Part shown: positions 36,134 through 46,166 of the stretch, in pieces
Numbering within the stretch: position 1 is the stretch's first letter
How the letters are laid out: each line of letters begins with the position of its first letter
Assembly (NCBI GenBank): GCA_018398765.1
Contig: JAHBMJ010000517.1
Location: 1-46,166, forward strand
Direction: 5' to 3'
Length of the DNA stretch: 46,166 bases
Origin: Chromera velia
Taxonomy: Eukaryota
Made by a program: the position numbers and the translations under genes
The notes under the pieces: generated by a model
What the model was told of the DNA's origin: nothing
Database searches by the model: none
What the model saw: the letters and a program-made list of their open reading frames with translations, nothing else

Positions 36134-36586
36134 CTACCTAAGTTCCCCTTCTTGACTCGGGTGGCTCTTTTGACTTCCCTCCTCTTCCTCTTGACGCAAC
36201 TCCTCTGTCGACTTGTCAGCCTCAATTCTCTCATCGCCACACAGGGCGGCAAACAAAAAAGCCCCCACAGCGTAATGTACAGCAAAGAGGAGCATCACGA
36301 TTTTCCATCGATTCTTTTCACCCTCAGCAGGGTCCTCCCACCATGTCTCCGCAACATCCAGTAATTTACCCGAAATGGGTACTGCCAGCAGTCCCGCAAA
36401 AATCGCGGCTGTGTTCCCCAATGAGAACACAAACCCCGCGTTCTGGGGTGCAACGTCCACTTGCAGTACAGACACACCCCCTAATGACAGCGCCGACAGA
36501 CCCGTCCCAATCCCCACTACGAACTTCTCCCTCACATCCAGTACAGCCAACATCGATCAAGAATACAGCAGGTCCAATCATCGATC
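36134..36586 (-). pseudogene. C-terminal fragment of an MFS anion:cation symporter (SLC17/PHT4-like)
   Basis: DVAPQNAGFVFSLGNTAAIFAGLLAVPISGKLL...WKIVMLLFAVHYAVGAFLF resembles TM10-12 of the SLC17/PHT4 family. The upstream IGPAVFL motif is in a different frame (frameshift near 36554). No N-terminal MFS exons recognised. Confidence 0.65.
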
Positions 36587-36680
36587 CTGATGCATGTCTT
36601 TTTCCCTTTGACTTCAGTACAGATGCGTAATTCCCTCTTCGTGATCTTGAAAGTTCTGGATACAGCAGGTGAGTGCCTCC

Positions 36681-39279
36681 TCATGCGTTTCTCTGGACGA
36701 TCCCGAAGACCTCCATGGCCTTGTGCAGAATCTTGTCAGAGTCGTAAACCTGCAACACCACAAAAAGGTGTACTGGCCATGCAAGCACCGCTCTGGGTCA
36801 CATGAAAGGAAAGGAGAGACATTTAAGCAGAGCAGGAAAGACGTGAATTCAGCGGCCACGCAAAGGAGTGGAGCGGAGTGTAGCAGCTTCAGTTCCTGTC
36901 ACCTGCAGAGAGGGAAGCAAAGAAACGCAAAAACAACACACAGCAAAAGGAGAGGGACACGCAGAAAAAGGGAAGCTGCCGTGAGTGGACTCGTATCTCC
37001 CTCTTCCACGAATTGATTCCATCTTCCACAGTACCCATGATTCAAGGATGATTGAATGCAAAGCGGGCCTTTCCCCATCTGCGTCACTGAGCTTTTTGAG
37101 GGTCTCTGCCCAAGCCCCGATCCCAGAAGAGGCACATACGTAGCTCGACAGCCTGATTGCACATTTGTCGACATTCGGCCCTAACTTGGTGAACTGGGTG
37201 GGTCAATTGGGGTTGCCTGATGGCACAGGCACAGGGGACACTCGCTAGGAGGGGCTTACACCTTAACGCCCAGACACCCACCTGTTCACGAGAAAAGCTT
37301 TATGCTGTCTGCAACACGAAGCCAACTACCCTTTCTCTCATTTCCTTCGTCGAAGGCAGGGAAGATAAACTTGAAAACAGGAAGACACTAACCAGCTGCA
37401 TCATGGGGGCATCGAATGGGCTCGAGACTCTATCTCGTCTCGTCGCGTGAGCAGAGCAGGGCTCCCCACGAATTGGGAATTCAAATCTACTCAAAGGCTC
37501 CCGTGCAGCATTGCTATATTCTTTTCTCCTCCCCCCCCCTCTTCGTTCTCTTCTCTCCAGTGGTACCTCTCCTTGACTCAGCCCCTCCATTCTTTTTCTT
37601 TTCGTCGTCTCCTTTTCTCCCCTTCCCTCCCCTCCGCCCCCTTCCCACGCGGCCGCTTCATCAAGATCATTGACGCCCGTCTGTGAAGAGCCGCCTCGTC
37701 GAGTCGTCGATCTGCTCTCCACGGGTGCTACACTCCGCTCCACACGGCCACTCAAAGATAGAGGCATAGGCAATAGATCGGATAATAAAGAAGTGCTGAA
37801 TAGTAGGTGCAAGCATGACCAACCTCTGGGTCGTATTCTTCGTATTCTTCCTGTTCTGTCTTCACTCTTTTCCCCGTTGTACTCCCCCAGGTGTACTTGT
37901 TGTAGCTCTGGGCCTTCAGATCGTACTCATCCTGCATCAATTTCAAATATGGACACTGATGAATGACAGGCTTTGCTTCAAAGACTTTCAACACAAGAAA
38001 GAATTGATTAAGGAAAGTAGAGGAAATTTAAACTAACAATATTCGAAAAGACTGCAGAAGTTTTGTGTTCAGTGGAGCACCGGATTCCCGTTTTTCTGGC
38101 GGAAAAATTGGTGAAAAATAGGTATCTGGACTGAAACAAAGGTGGGGAGGAAAACGTTTCATTCGTTGGTTTGCTTTTTTCGTATGAAAGTGCACTCAGT
38201 GAAGGAGTGCTTGCAGGAGATAGGTCAAAGACATAGAAGACTGACCTCAAGATCCGTCTTTGGTCCAGGGAAACGAGCCAGCGGTGTTGTTTGGACTTGT
38301 TGTTTGGACTGCGCCACAAGTCTCCTCTCTCTTTCCTCCTTCAAGAACCGCCTGATAGGAGACGAGAACATCTCTCTCAGTCGTCTGTCTGTTGAGTTTC
38401 CCAAAGGAGACCTGCCCAGGATAGCGCCGTTGGGACGAAGGGCAACAAACCCAACCTCGGGAAAGAGTGCATCTGTTTTTGGCTGTGTCTGTGGCGGGGT
38501 GGGAGTGGGGGTGGGATGCCTAGAGAGGGCGCAGGCGGAGCGGGAAGCGCGGGTGGGGGAGACAGGGTGGAGTTGGACGGTTGTTCAGCTGTCACAGTTG
38601 CTTCTTCTTCTTCTCCTTTCTCACTTTCTTCGATCGTCACAATGCTCATTGCACACGAACCTGCGGGTGAGGGGGGGATCTGCTGTGCACCTGCGCTACC
38701 GGTAGATGACAGCGACACAGGTAGGCTACTCGTCTCCGGCCCTGGAGACGTGAACAGCGGCAGGGGCTGTGCGGGCTGAGGAGAGTGTCCCAGGAGGCAA
38801 GAGGCCGAGCCTTTTGCCTGCCCCATTCTGTGTGCGAGCATGCCGACGGAATTGTCTTTGCAAACGCCCCCATCACTGCTGGCAACCCCAAACGCTCCGC
38901 CCCCAAAGCCGTTCCCCGGTGGAAGAGTGGGTGACGGATGCGGTCGGCAAAGGTGTGAGGGGGGACGCACAGTTACGTGTCGGACGGGATTGGGGGGGAT
39001 GAAAGGCCGTCGCCACACGGGGGCAGGAGCAGGGGCAGACTGAGATTGGGAGGGCAGGTTCAACTCTTTCCGTATCTGAGCCTTCATTTCTTCTCGCGCG
39101 AAGTTCTTCTGTCTCTCCTCTTCGTCCCTTCGTAGCTGGGGACCGAGAATGTTTGTTATCACCCTGTGTGCCACCCCCTTCTTGATGGAAGGAGGGGCCG
39201 AGAGTCTTCCTGTAGCCTCTCTCTCACTACCCGGGCTTCTGTCCCTGTTCTCCTGCACAAAACATGCAAGCGGACGCAA
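36681..39279 (-). CDS. Multi-exon gene of unknown function (possibly degenerate)
   Basis: Pro/Ser-rich exon within 38377-39279. Other candidate exons at about 37810-37990 (VFEAKPVIHQCPYLKLMQDEY...) and about 37000-37200. Terminal exon 36749-36681 (TGCAG acceptor, VYDSDKILHKAMEVFGIVQRNA*). The exon chain is not fully resolved. A GC-rich block at about 40150-40230 may be its promoter. Confidence 0.4.
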
Positions 39280-40658
39280 GTACCAGGCAGTTGGTCAACG
39301 AATTGTCCCAGGTTCTGTATGTAGGAGGAAGATGAAAGACGGTGTGGGAAATGATCGAGCAAGAAGGGCTTCCTTGGAGTACTCTATACTTGAGAATCAC
39401 GCTTCAGTCTATGTGAGGTGTGGACAAGAAACAACAAAAGAATGACAGCAGGGTTGAAACGACAGGCAAGGTGCAAAAGGATCCGGATTAAGCGAGCAGG
39501 GAAAACGTACAGAAAGAGGAAGCGCTCGAGATGGAGGACAGTCGGAAATGGCATGCACATGAAAAGACACAACCCTAGCTGGCTTAATTTGTATGTTCAG
39601 TCTGACCATTGCGATGCTTGAGGTTGCACTGCACTCTGGCAACGGCGTGTCCCGTCAATTGGCCCTTTGCCTTCTTTCTGTGCCGCTTCCACGCACTTGC
39701 CAGAAAGAAGATCTGGGAGGAGGCTTCTATACAGGTTCCTTGTCAGAGGGAAGCGGGCTCTTGAGGCTTTTCACTGTCCTGTTCCTACTCGAGAAGGCGT
39801 CTAATGTATCAATACGGAGGTATGATCGATCCAGCTCTGTACGAAAGTATATATACGCGAAGCGTATATATGTGCCAGCTACCAAAGGCAAAAGAGTAAA
39901 AGTCAGTTCTGCTTCGATCTGTTTTCTATTTGCAAGCTAGCCGGCCCATAAAGATGGCACCCATGCAATTTTGTGATCGACCGCCGTCATGCAATCTGCC
40001 TGATGAATCGATCTGTATTGACAATTAATTCGTTTTTGATGATTGAGGGTTTTTTCATGCATGCCGCGTTCCCATATATCGTTTTTTAATTTTTTTGTAC
40101 GTGAATGAATAAAAAAATTAAGGTTGTGAGGTGGTATATATAGGAACACGAGGGTGGGCGGCGGCACTGGGCGCGCACTGCGCGCCGACGTATCGTGGTG
40201 GGTACGTGCGAGTCCGGCGTCGAAAGGGGGGCACAAACAAAACCTTTATTATCCTTTGATCGGGGACGGGTCGTAAACAGCGCATGCTGGGATGCTTTTT
40301 CACGTTCCTTTTTTTGTAATATAACTACACTCAGAGAGTCGGGGAACGCACCAAGCATTCACTCTGCATAACAATAATTGCCGTGCAGTAAGCAGATTGA
40401 ATCATACGACTCAAGTCAAGTTGAGTTTTAAAAGATCGAAAATGTCATTCAAAAAGCTTCAGAAGATACATACACAGGCCGTCTTATAGAGAGATTTTTA
40501 TGTGTCGCTTAATTAGTTAGTCCTGAATAGCAACTATGTGCGTACGAATTAACGGAGGCTTAGTACAGTAAGATTTAGATATGATTTAGACCTAAAATAT
40601 AAATTTCTGCACAGGTGGTTCCCACGCAGTCAGATCTAGACGCGAGTGTAGTTGCTTT

Positions 40659-40783
40659 GGGGGACAGCTCAGCTTTGCTGAGATCAGCCAAGAGGCCCTA
40701 AGATCACACGCACTCGCATATCATAGCTCTCCATCCTCCAGCTCCATTTTTTGGGGGGGGGATCGATATCCCCAAAAATTATG
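40659..40783 (+). mobile_element. Left end of the same TIR family as 6047-7035
   Basis: GGGGGACAGCTCAGCTTTGCTGAGATCAGCCAAGAGGCCCTAAGATCAC...GGGGATCGATATCCCC matches 6047-6150. Confidence 0.75.
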
Positions 40784-40915
40784 ACAGAAAGACTTAGTGT
40801 TAGCTTTCGCGCATGTTAGCGCATGTGTGTATTAAAATAATCAGCTATAATCGTCATGTACAGGCATGAACCACAGTATCCGCAAGACTTCCTCAGGCTC
40901 CGCCGTTCTCTACGG

Positions 40916-40988
40916 CATGCATGCAGCTCAATCGGTAGAGCATTGCATTCACATGTGCGTGATCTCGGGTTCGATTCCTACCATAACA
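40916..40988 (+). ncRNA. tRNA-like sequence (tRNA pseudogene or SINE head)
   Basis: D-arm GCTC-AATCGGTA-GAGC and box B GGTTCGATTCC (40968-40978) at tRNA spacing. The anticodon arm is imperfect (CAC-containing loop) and the acceptor stem pairs poorly. Confidence 0.65.
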
Positions 40989-41056
40989 ACTTTTCTCGCC
41001 ATATGCAACTACTTATACGCCCTTCGAGGTACTCATGTACCCAACTGGTTGGATAT

Positions 41057-41637
41057 ATAGCCCCGGAGGGCGGAGCGAGGCTTCAAACATGTTCGCACAA
41101 AGCTCTCCACCCAGGAGACACTTAATCCCCCGCGACTTCTTTCCTCCGATACCTGAGGTGACACTCGCGTGTGTGTACATACAAGCCCTAGCATGCCCTC
41201 ACAACTGCGTACAGTAGCCCCTGCCTGGGTTGCATACCGACGCATGCATAGCCTCACAGAGGGCGGAGTTAAAATTCATTCATGCCCTCCGGGTACCTCC
41301 GGGGCCTTTGGAGTTACGAGCGGAGTGAGCGGCTGTATAATCGTCTTACTATGTACGTGACAGTTACAGAGCCGCTCGCTCCGCTCACAACTCCAAAGGC
41401 CCCGGAAGGCATGAATGAATTACAGTTTCACCCTCCGCGGGGCCATGTATACACATGCATCGCCAGGGGCCGCTGCGTCAAGTTGTGAGGGCATGCCGGG
41501 GCCTGTGAGCCCGCATGAGCCCGCACGAGCGTCGCCTTAGGTTGTCGGAGGAAAGGGGTCGCGGGGGATTAAGTGCCCCCCGGGGGGAAAGCTCCGTGCA
41601 AACATATTTCAAGCCTCGCTCCGCCCTCCGGAGCCAT
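41057..41637. mobile_element. Long foldback element (~280-bp imperfect arms, ~25-nt loop)
   Basis: CCGGAGGGCGGAGCGAGGCTT pairs with AAGCCTCGCTCCGCCCTCCGG. CACTTAATCCCCCGCGAC pairs with GTCGCGGGGGATTAAGTG. CCGGGGCCTTTGGAGTT pairs with AACTCCAAAGGCCCCGG. Centre near 41350. Confidence 0.85.
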
Positions 41638-43611
41638 CATAATGCCGTGGCCCCCGGCCATGGTATCTGTTAAGGCTATTAGCTGCACCTATGGAAAAAA
41701 AAAAGTCGAATTACCAATAAATCAGGTTACATTTGCCTTTCGGGACCCGCGCTTTCTGGCAACTGTACAGCATGTGTATGGCGAACATACGTCTAACCTT
41801 GATGTATCGGTATATATGCAAAAATACACATGGAGGGGAATTGTACGTAGATTTGATCATCTATATAGTTTTCAAGGAAGGCGATAAAACATACCATCTA
41901 AGTGAAGCTGTTCTAAATTGCTCCATTGTTTGACTATGCTACCAAGCTCAGTAGCAAGTTAAGATATGCCGCCTTACAGAGTCAGGAGTGGGCCGTACCA
42001 CGACTGAGTACGCTTGACAAAGAGGAAAAACGGTTAATTTGATCTGCAAGAACCTCTTTTTGCCCGTCTTCTTTCTCTCTACTTGGCCCCTCTTGTTGTT
42101 CTTCAGCACCTGGTTTCTTAACTTTCTTCTACCTCCACTTGAGGATTTGGGATATAAAATACTATCTATATATAGTGTGTGTCACTGTGGATGCTATAGT
42201 ATTCGCTTTGAAATGTTGTGGAAAGGCTTACCGCGTATGGGTCCAGTGCTTGGTGAGTTCAAGAGGGAGAGATATGAACAGAAGCCGTTTGGGCCTGTGA
42301 ATAAAGCTAGGTAAGCAAGTGTGTGAACACTGTCAGAAGCCGTTTGGGCGTGTGGGTGAATGTTTGGGCGTGCGGGTGCATGGAGAAAGAGGGGTATGAA
42401 AAGGAAGTATGTGCAGTAACAGAATCCGCTTAGGCCTGCAGGTGGATGAATGAAGAGAGACGGAGAGAGCGAGCGTGTTTATGAGTATGTATGAGTTTGT
42501 GAATAGAAGCTGTTTGGGCGTGCGGGCAAGAGATAATAGAAAGCGTATATAATGTTTGGCTACTCCATATACTACTATGCGACTACTAGAATGGCCAAAA
42601 TATAAATGAAAGTAAATGAAAGAAACATTACAGCATGTGTGTCTGTATGTAAAAGACTTCTATATTGACTCCATAAATAGAAAATAAAAATGTAAGTAGA
42701 TTTAAGTGCGGAGCACTCTGATTTTTTTTTTTTAAAGCAAAAATAAGTTGTTAAAGATTTATCAGTAATGTATTGCTGCGGTTACAATTTCATTTTCTCT
42801 TTCACATTTATTCACGTCAACACCATATGTTAGCGAAGTCCTTGTACGTCATTAATTTTCTTATTAGCAAACGTATTTAATAGCAGAGCTCTTCTTATTT
42901 CTTCTTCTCAACCGTCTTGAAGCCTGTCCAGCCGTCTCCAGCCCTTTACGGCATTTACAGATACCGCAGCTACGCTTTTGTGCAGCTAACAACCGTGATT
43001 GAGGGTTTTGTCATGCACCATATATTAAGGGACTTTCGCGCATCCCTATGGGCGCGTCAGATTTCAAAAATCTGAATGGCGTCAGATTTCCCATATATTA
43101 ATATGGGAAGGGGAACCTGTTGCATGCATGTACTACGATCATGGATGCACCTCTTAGTGCTCTCACCATGCTCTCACCCTATCTCACCCCTGGGGGCCAC
43201 GGCATGTCCCGTAGGGACATTATAATATAGGATGTCGGCCGGCGCGGGTCCGCGTTCGAAGAGCGCCGCCGCGCGGCTTCAATTTCTCGCATGCATGTGT
43301 CTGACAGATGGAGTCAGGGACGCAGGGAACTGATTATTAATAATTGTCAGAGTTCTTCAAAATTCGTTTGCAGTGAGGCCACCGCTGAGGCAGTGCCTGG
43401 AGGCGCACCAGAATTGATAGCGACGAGACAAAGATTGCTTCCTCCCCACAGGTCTGACGCCCGACTCTCGGTGTAGATACATCCTTTTCTTTCGGGACAA
43501 GCAAGGAGACGGCACGGGCCGACTTGTTTATCAATTCTCTCAGACAGTGGCACCGATCCATTTTGACTATACATTCCGTTCCCGCATTTCCACTGTTCTC
43601 TCCTCTAGAAA

Positions 43612-46166
43612 ATGTCGCAAACAAAAGACAGCTTCCAGAATTCTCCAGCAGGTGAGTTGTCCCCGTTCTATCGCGATATAGAGAATTGTACTCTGTCCGC
43701 TTCTTTCGTGCCTGATAAGACTGCTCTTTGCAAATTGTCTTCTCGCCTTTCTGACTGCTTTGCAGCCGACGAGGACCTAGGCAAGACCGGACCTGCATCT
43801 TTACAGACGACAGACAACGTGCTCTGCTCGCTCATTGAGCACGCTCGCCCCACTGCAGAGGTGAGTCTCCCGCCTACTTGCCTCCCGTCTCACTCTGTTT
43901 GCTCCTTTGTTTGTTTCTCAAAATAAGCTACCCCTGTAAGTTTCCATTGCAGGAGATATCGGAGCTTGCCTCAGACAGGAAGGGCTTCGGCTTGGCGCTG
44001 ATTCTTCTGGGGTTCACCCGAACGGTCAGCCAGAGACTGAAAACCCTAGCTCTCGTGTTCCGTCTCGAATCCAGGTCATATGTAGGGACAGGACAGGAAT
44101 GTCTGAAGAATGGTGGGAGACGACATGAAGAGATTGTGTTGTATGTGTGGTGCTCGTGTACGTGCAGGGACGCTCACTTTTGCCCCTGGCAACTCTTGAC
44201 CTTTCGGGTAAGAGGTGGGAGGGTTGAATTGATTCGCCTTCTTTTGTGCCCTTCCTCTTGGACGTTCCGTCTCCAACAGTGTCTTGAGACTTTGTCTTGG
44301 AGCTTCGTTGCGCATTTCTATTTTCTGGATTTCCATTGCCGTCTCCTCTATTCACGGCTATTCAGAAGCCCCGACCTCTCTCCTGTTCTCCTTTTGTCAC
44401 TTTTGTTCTTCTACAAGTCTGCCTTTGAAAACTCGTTCGACTTCAATTATGCTCCCTTTTGCATGTCTCTAAACAGGTGGACGACGCGCACGCGTGTGTG
44501 TGGTGTGCATGCAGGATTCTCGCTGAGTGCCCGCAAGCTGAAGCTTCTTCTGACGTCCTTTCCCTCGGGACCGGGTGTTCTGGAGACACTCCGATGCGGT
44601 CAGCGAACGGGTAGAGGACGGCTTTGACAGACACACCGTCCCAGGAGAAGACTTCCGTGTGATGATGGCAAAAGGGAGGAGATGAAGAGGACTTGCCATC
44701 CTTGTGTCATGGTAAAGAAACGGAGCTGCATGTTCTCAGTCGGTCTCTTTTTCCGTCTAGTCTTCTTTCATGAACCCTGTTCTTTCTGCAGGTCCTCATG
44801 TCTTGAAGGACGCCTGCCTGCCCGTGCTTCTTGACTTTTTCCTGCGACTCAAAGCAGGGGGCAAAGGAGGGGTGCCGCTGATCTGTCTGAAGACTCTCGA
44901 CCTTGCCAGTCAGTCATTTACGTCGCCGCCTGGCCTCGGATGAGTTCCAGTGTGAGGGTGTGCAGGCTCGATGCTGCTCAGTTTATGTCATTAATTCTCG
45001 GTGTGCAGGTCTTTTATCTTCGGATGAAGTGCCATTCCCACGAAGTGCGATCACCGTACTCTCCCGAAACAAGGAGAGAAGAAATATCTTATTGGTGTCT
45101 CTTTTTGCCTTTCTCTCCTTGTCTCTCGTGCAGAGTGCGATCTCGGTGAGAGAATGAATCCCATTTTTCCCTTGCTTCCTCCATCTCTTGAGCACCTGAA
45201 CCTGAGTGGTCAGTCCATCGGAGTCTTCCGTGAGGGGGGATGGAAACAGATCTCTTCATTGCATTTTGCGGAAAAGAATATCTCTTGAAGGTCACATGAA
45301 TGCAACGACGCAACCTCGGGGAACGCTGTTTGTCTTTCTTCTTCCTGCGCGCATTTGTATGTTCTTCCCCGTCTGCCTGTATCCCTTTTTTATTTTTTTT
45401 CATTTACAATTGCGTCGGTCGGGCTCTTCGATTTTCACCTGGTTATCGGCCTCTTCCGTTGATCGTTGTTTTTCTTCGCAATGGGTCGACAACTCCGTGG
45501 CTCTCACTTACGCGGCTTTGCATTTTATCTCTGCCTGCACATGCCGTTAGCTTCCCTCTTTCTCATCTATACACGTGCTCGCTCAGTTCACAAGCTTGTC
45601 CCCTCCGCATCATGCAGGCAACCGTCTCCGCAGTGTGTCCATGGAAGGCCTCGGGAGTGCCTTCGTGTTTGGCTGGCTCCCGTCTCTTCTGAGCCTTGAC
45701 TTGAGTGACAACCCGCTGGGCCGTTCAGGGCTGAAGGCGTTTGCGAGAGGCCTTTCTTCGTCTCCCCAGTCACTCCCCCTGCAGTCCCTGAGATTGGCCC
45801 GCACAAAGGGCAAAGCAGAGGGGGTGGAAGCATTAGCAGAAGCACTGAAAGCAAAGAAGACAACCTCTCTGCAGACCCTCGACCTTGAGGGAAACGAAAT
45901 GCGGCCGGCAGGGGTGAAGTACTTGGTATCTGCAGTCAACGCAGAGGCTGTGCCTCACGTACGAGTCCTTACATTGAAGGGAAATTATCTGGCTCATTTG
46001 CCGTCGGGACAGACAGACACCGGCTCATTGAAAGAGTTGGAGAAGCTTGATTTGAGTGAGAATCGGGTGTTTGACGGCACGGATAGTCAACTGTTAGCTG
46101 CTTCTTCTGCAGTTCCAGGTCGTTTCCCAAAATTGCGACGGCTCGATCTAGGATCAACTGATGTTT
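43612..46166 (+). CDS. RNI-like LRR gene, paralogue 3 (5' part; runs off the window)
   Basis: Exon 1 at 43612-43651 (MSQTKDSFQNSPA). Six further short exons homologous to paralogue 2 have intact GT-AG sites. The terminal exon from 45618 is open to the window end (GNRLRSVSMEGL...FPKLRRLDLGSTDV). Confidence 0.85.

Noticed and set aside
42280..42530. Dispersed GAAGCCGTTTGGGCGTG motif (4-5 copies)
   Set aside because: Irregular spacing and degeneracy. Probably an old minisatellite, with no supportable function.
43050..43110. Small hairpins TCAGATTT...AAATCTGA and TTCCCATAT-ATTA-ATATGGGAA as a Helitron end or terminator
   Set aside because: No CTRR terminus at the expected distance and no matching 5' end found.

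Overview
Eukaryotic, intron-rich and transposon-dense DNA. The RNI-type LRR family, GT-AG introns and TGCATGCA motifs suggest a chromerid alveolate such as Chromera; this is inference, not verified. The window holds three paralogues of an 8-exon RNI-like leucine-rich-repeat gene. Copy 1 (minus, 5539-1031) and copy 2 (plus, 25377-29715) are disrupted, and copy 3 (43612 to window end) is intact as far as visible. The paralogues show mosaic identity tracts and variable inter-repeat loops. There are two complete LTR elements. One is a decayed Ty1/copia (about 18572-24541, CTATT TSD) with an apparent -1 slippery site between gag and pol. The other is a 4.9-kb non-autonomous element (29884-34817, GTAGT TSD, PBS and PPT) with no recognisable gag/pol, carrying an antisense, apparently spliced cargo gene. 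Also present are a hAT MITE with a perfect 8-bp TSD, several foldback/MITE elements, a CRE-like LINE fragment, a cryptic MYND zinc finger, a tRNA-like sequence, an SLC17/PHT4-like transporter fragment and structured minisatellites. Almost all lesions in the repeats are C>T/G>A transitions, including at CpA, which resembles RIP or methylation-driven genome defence.
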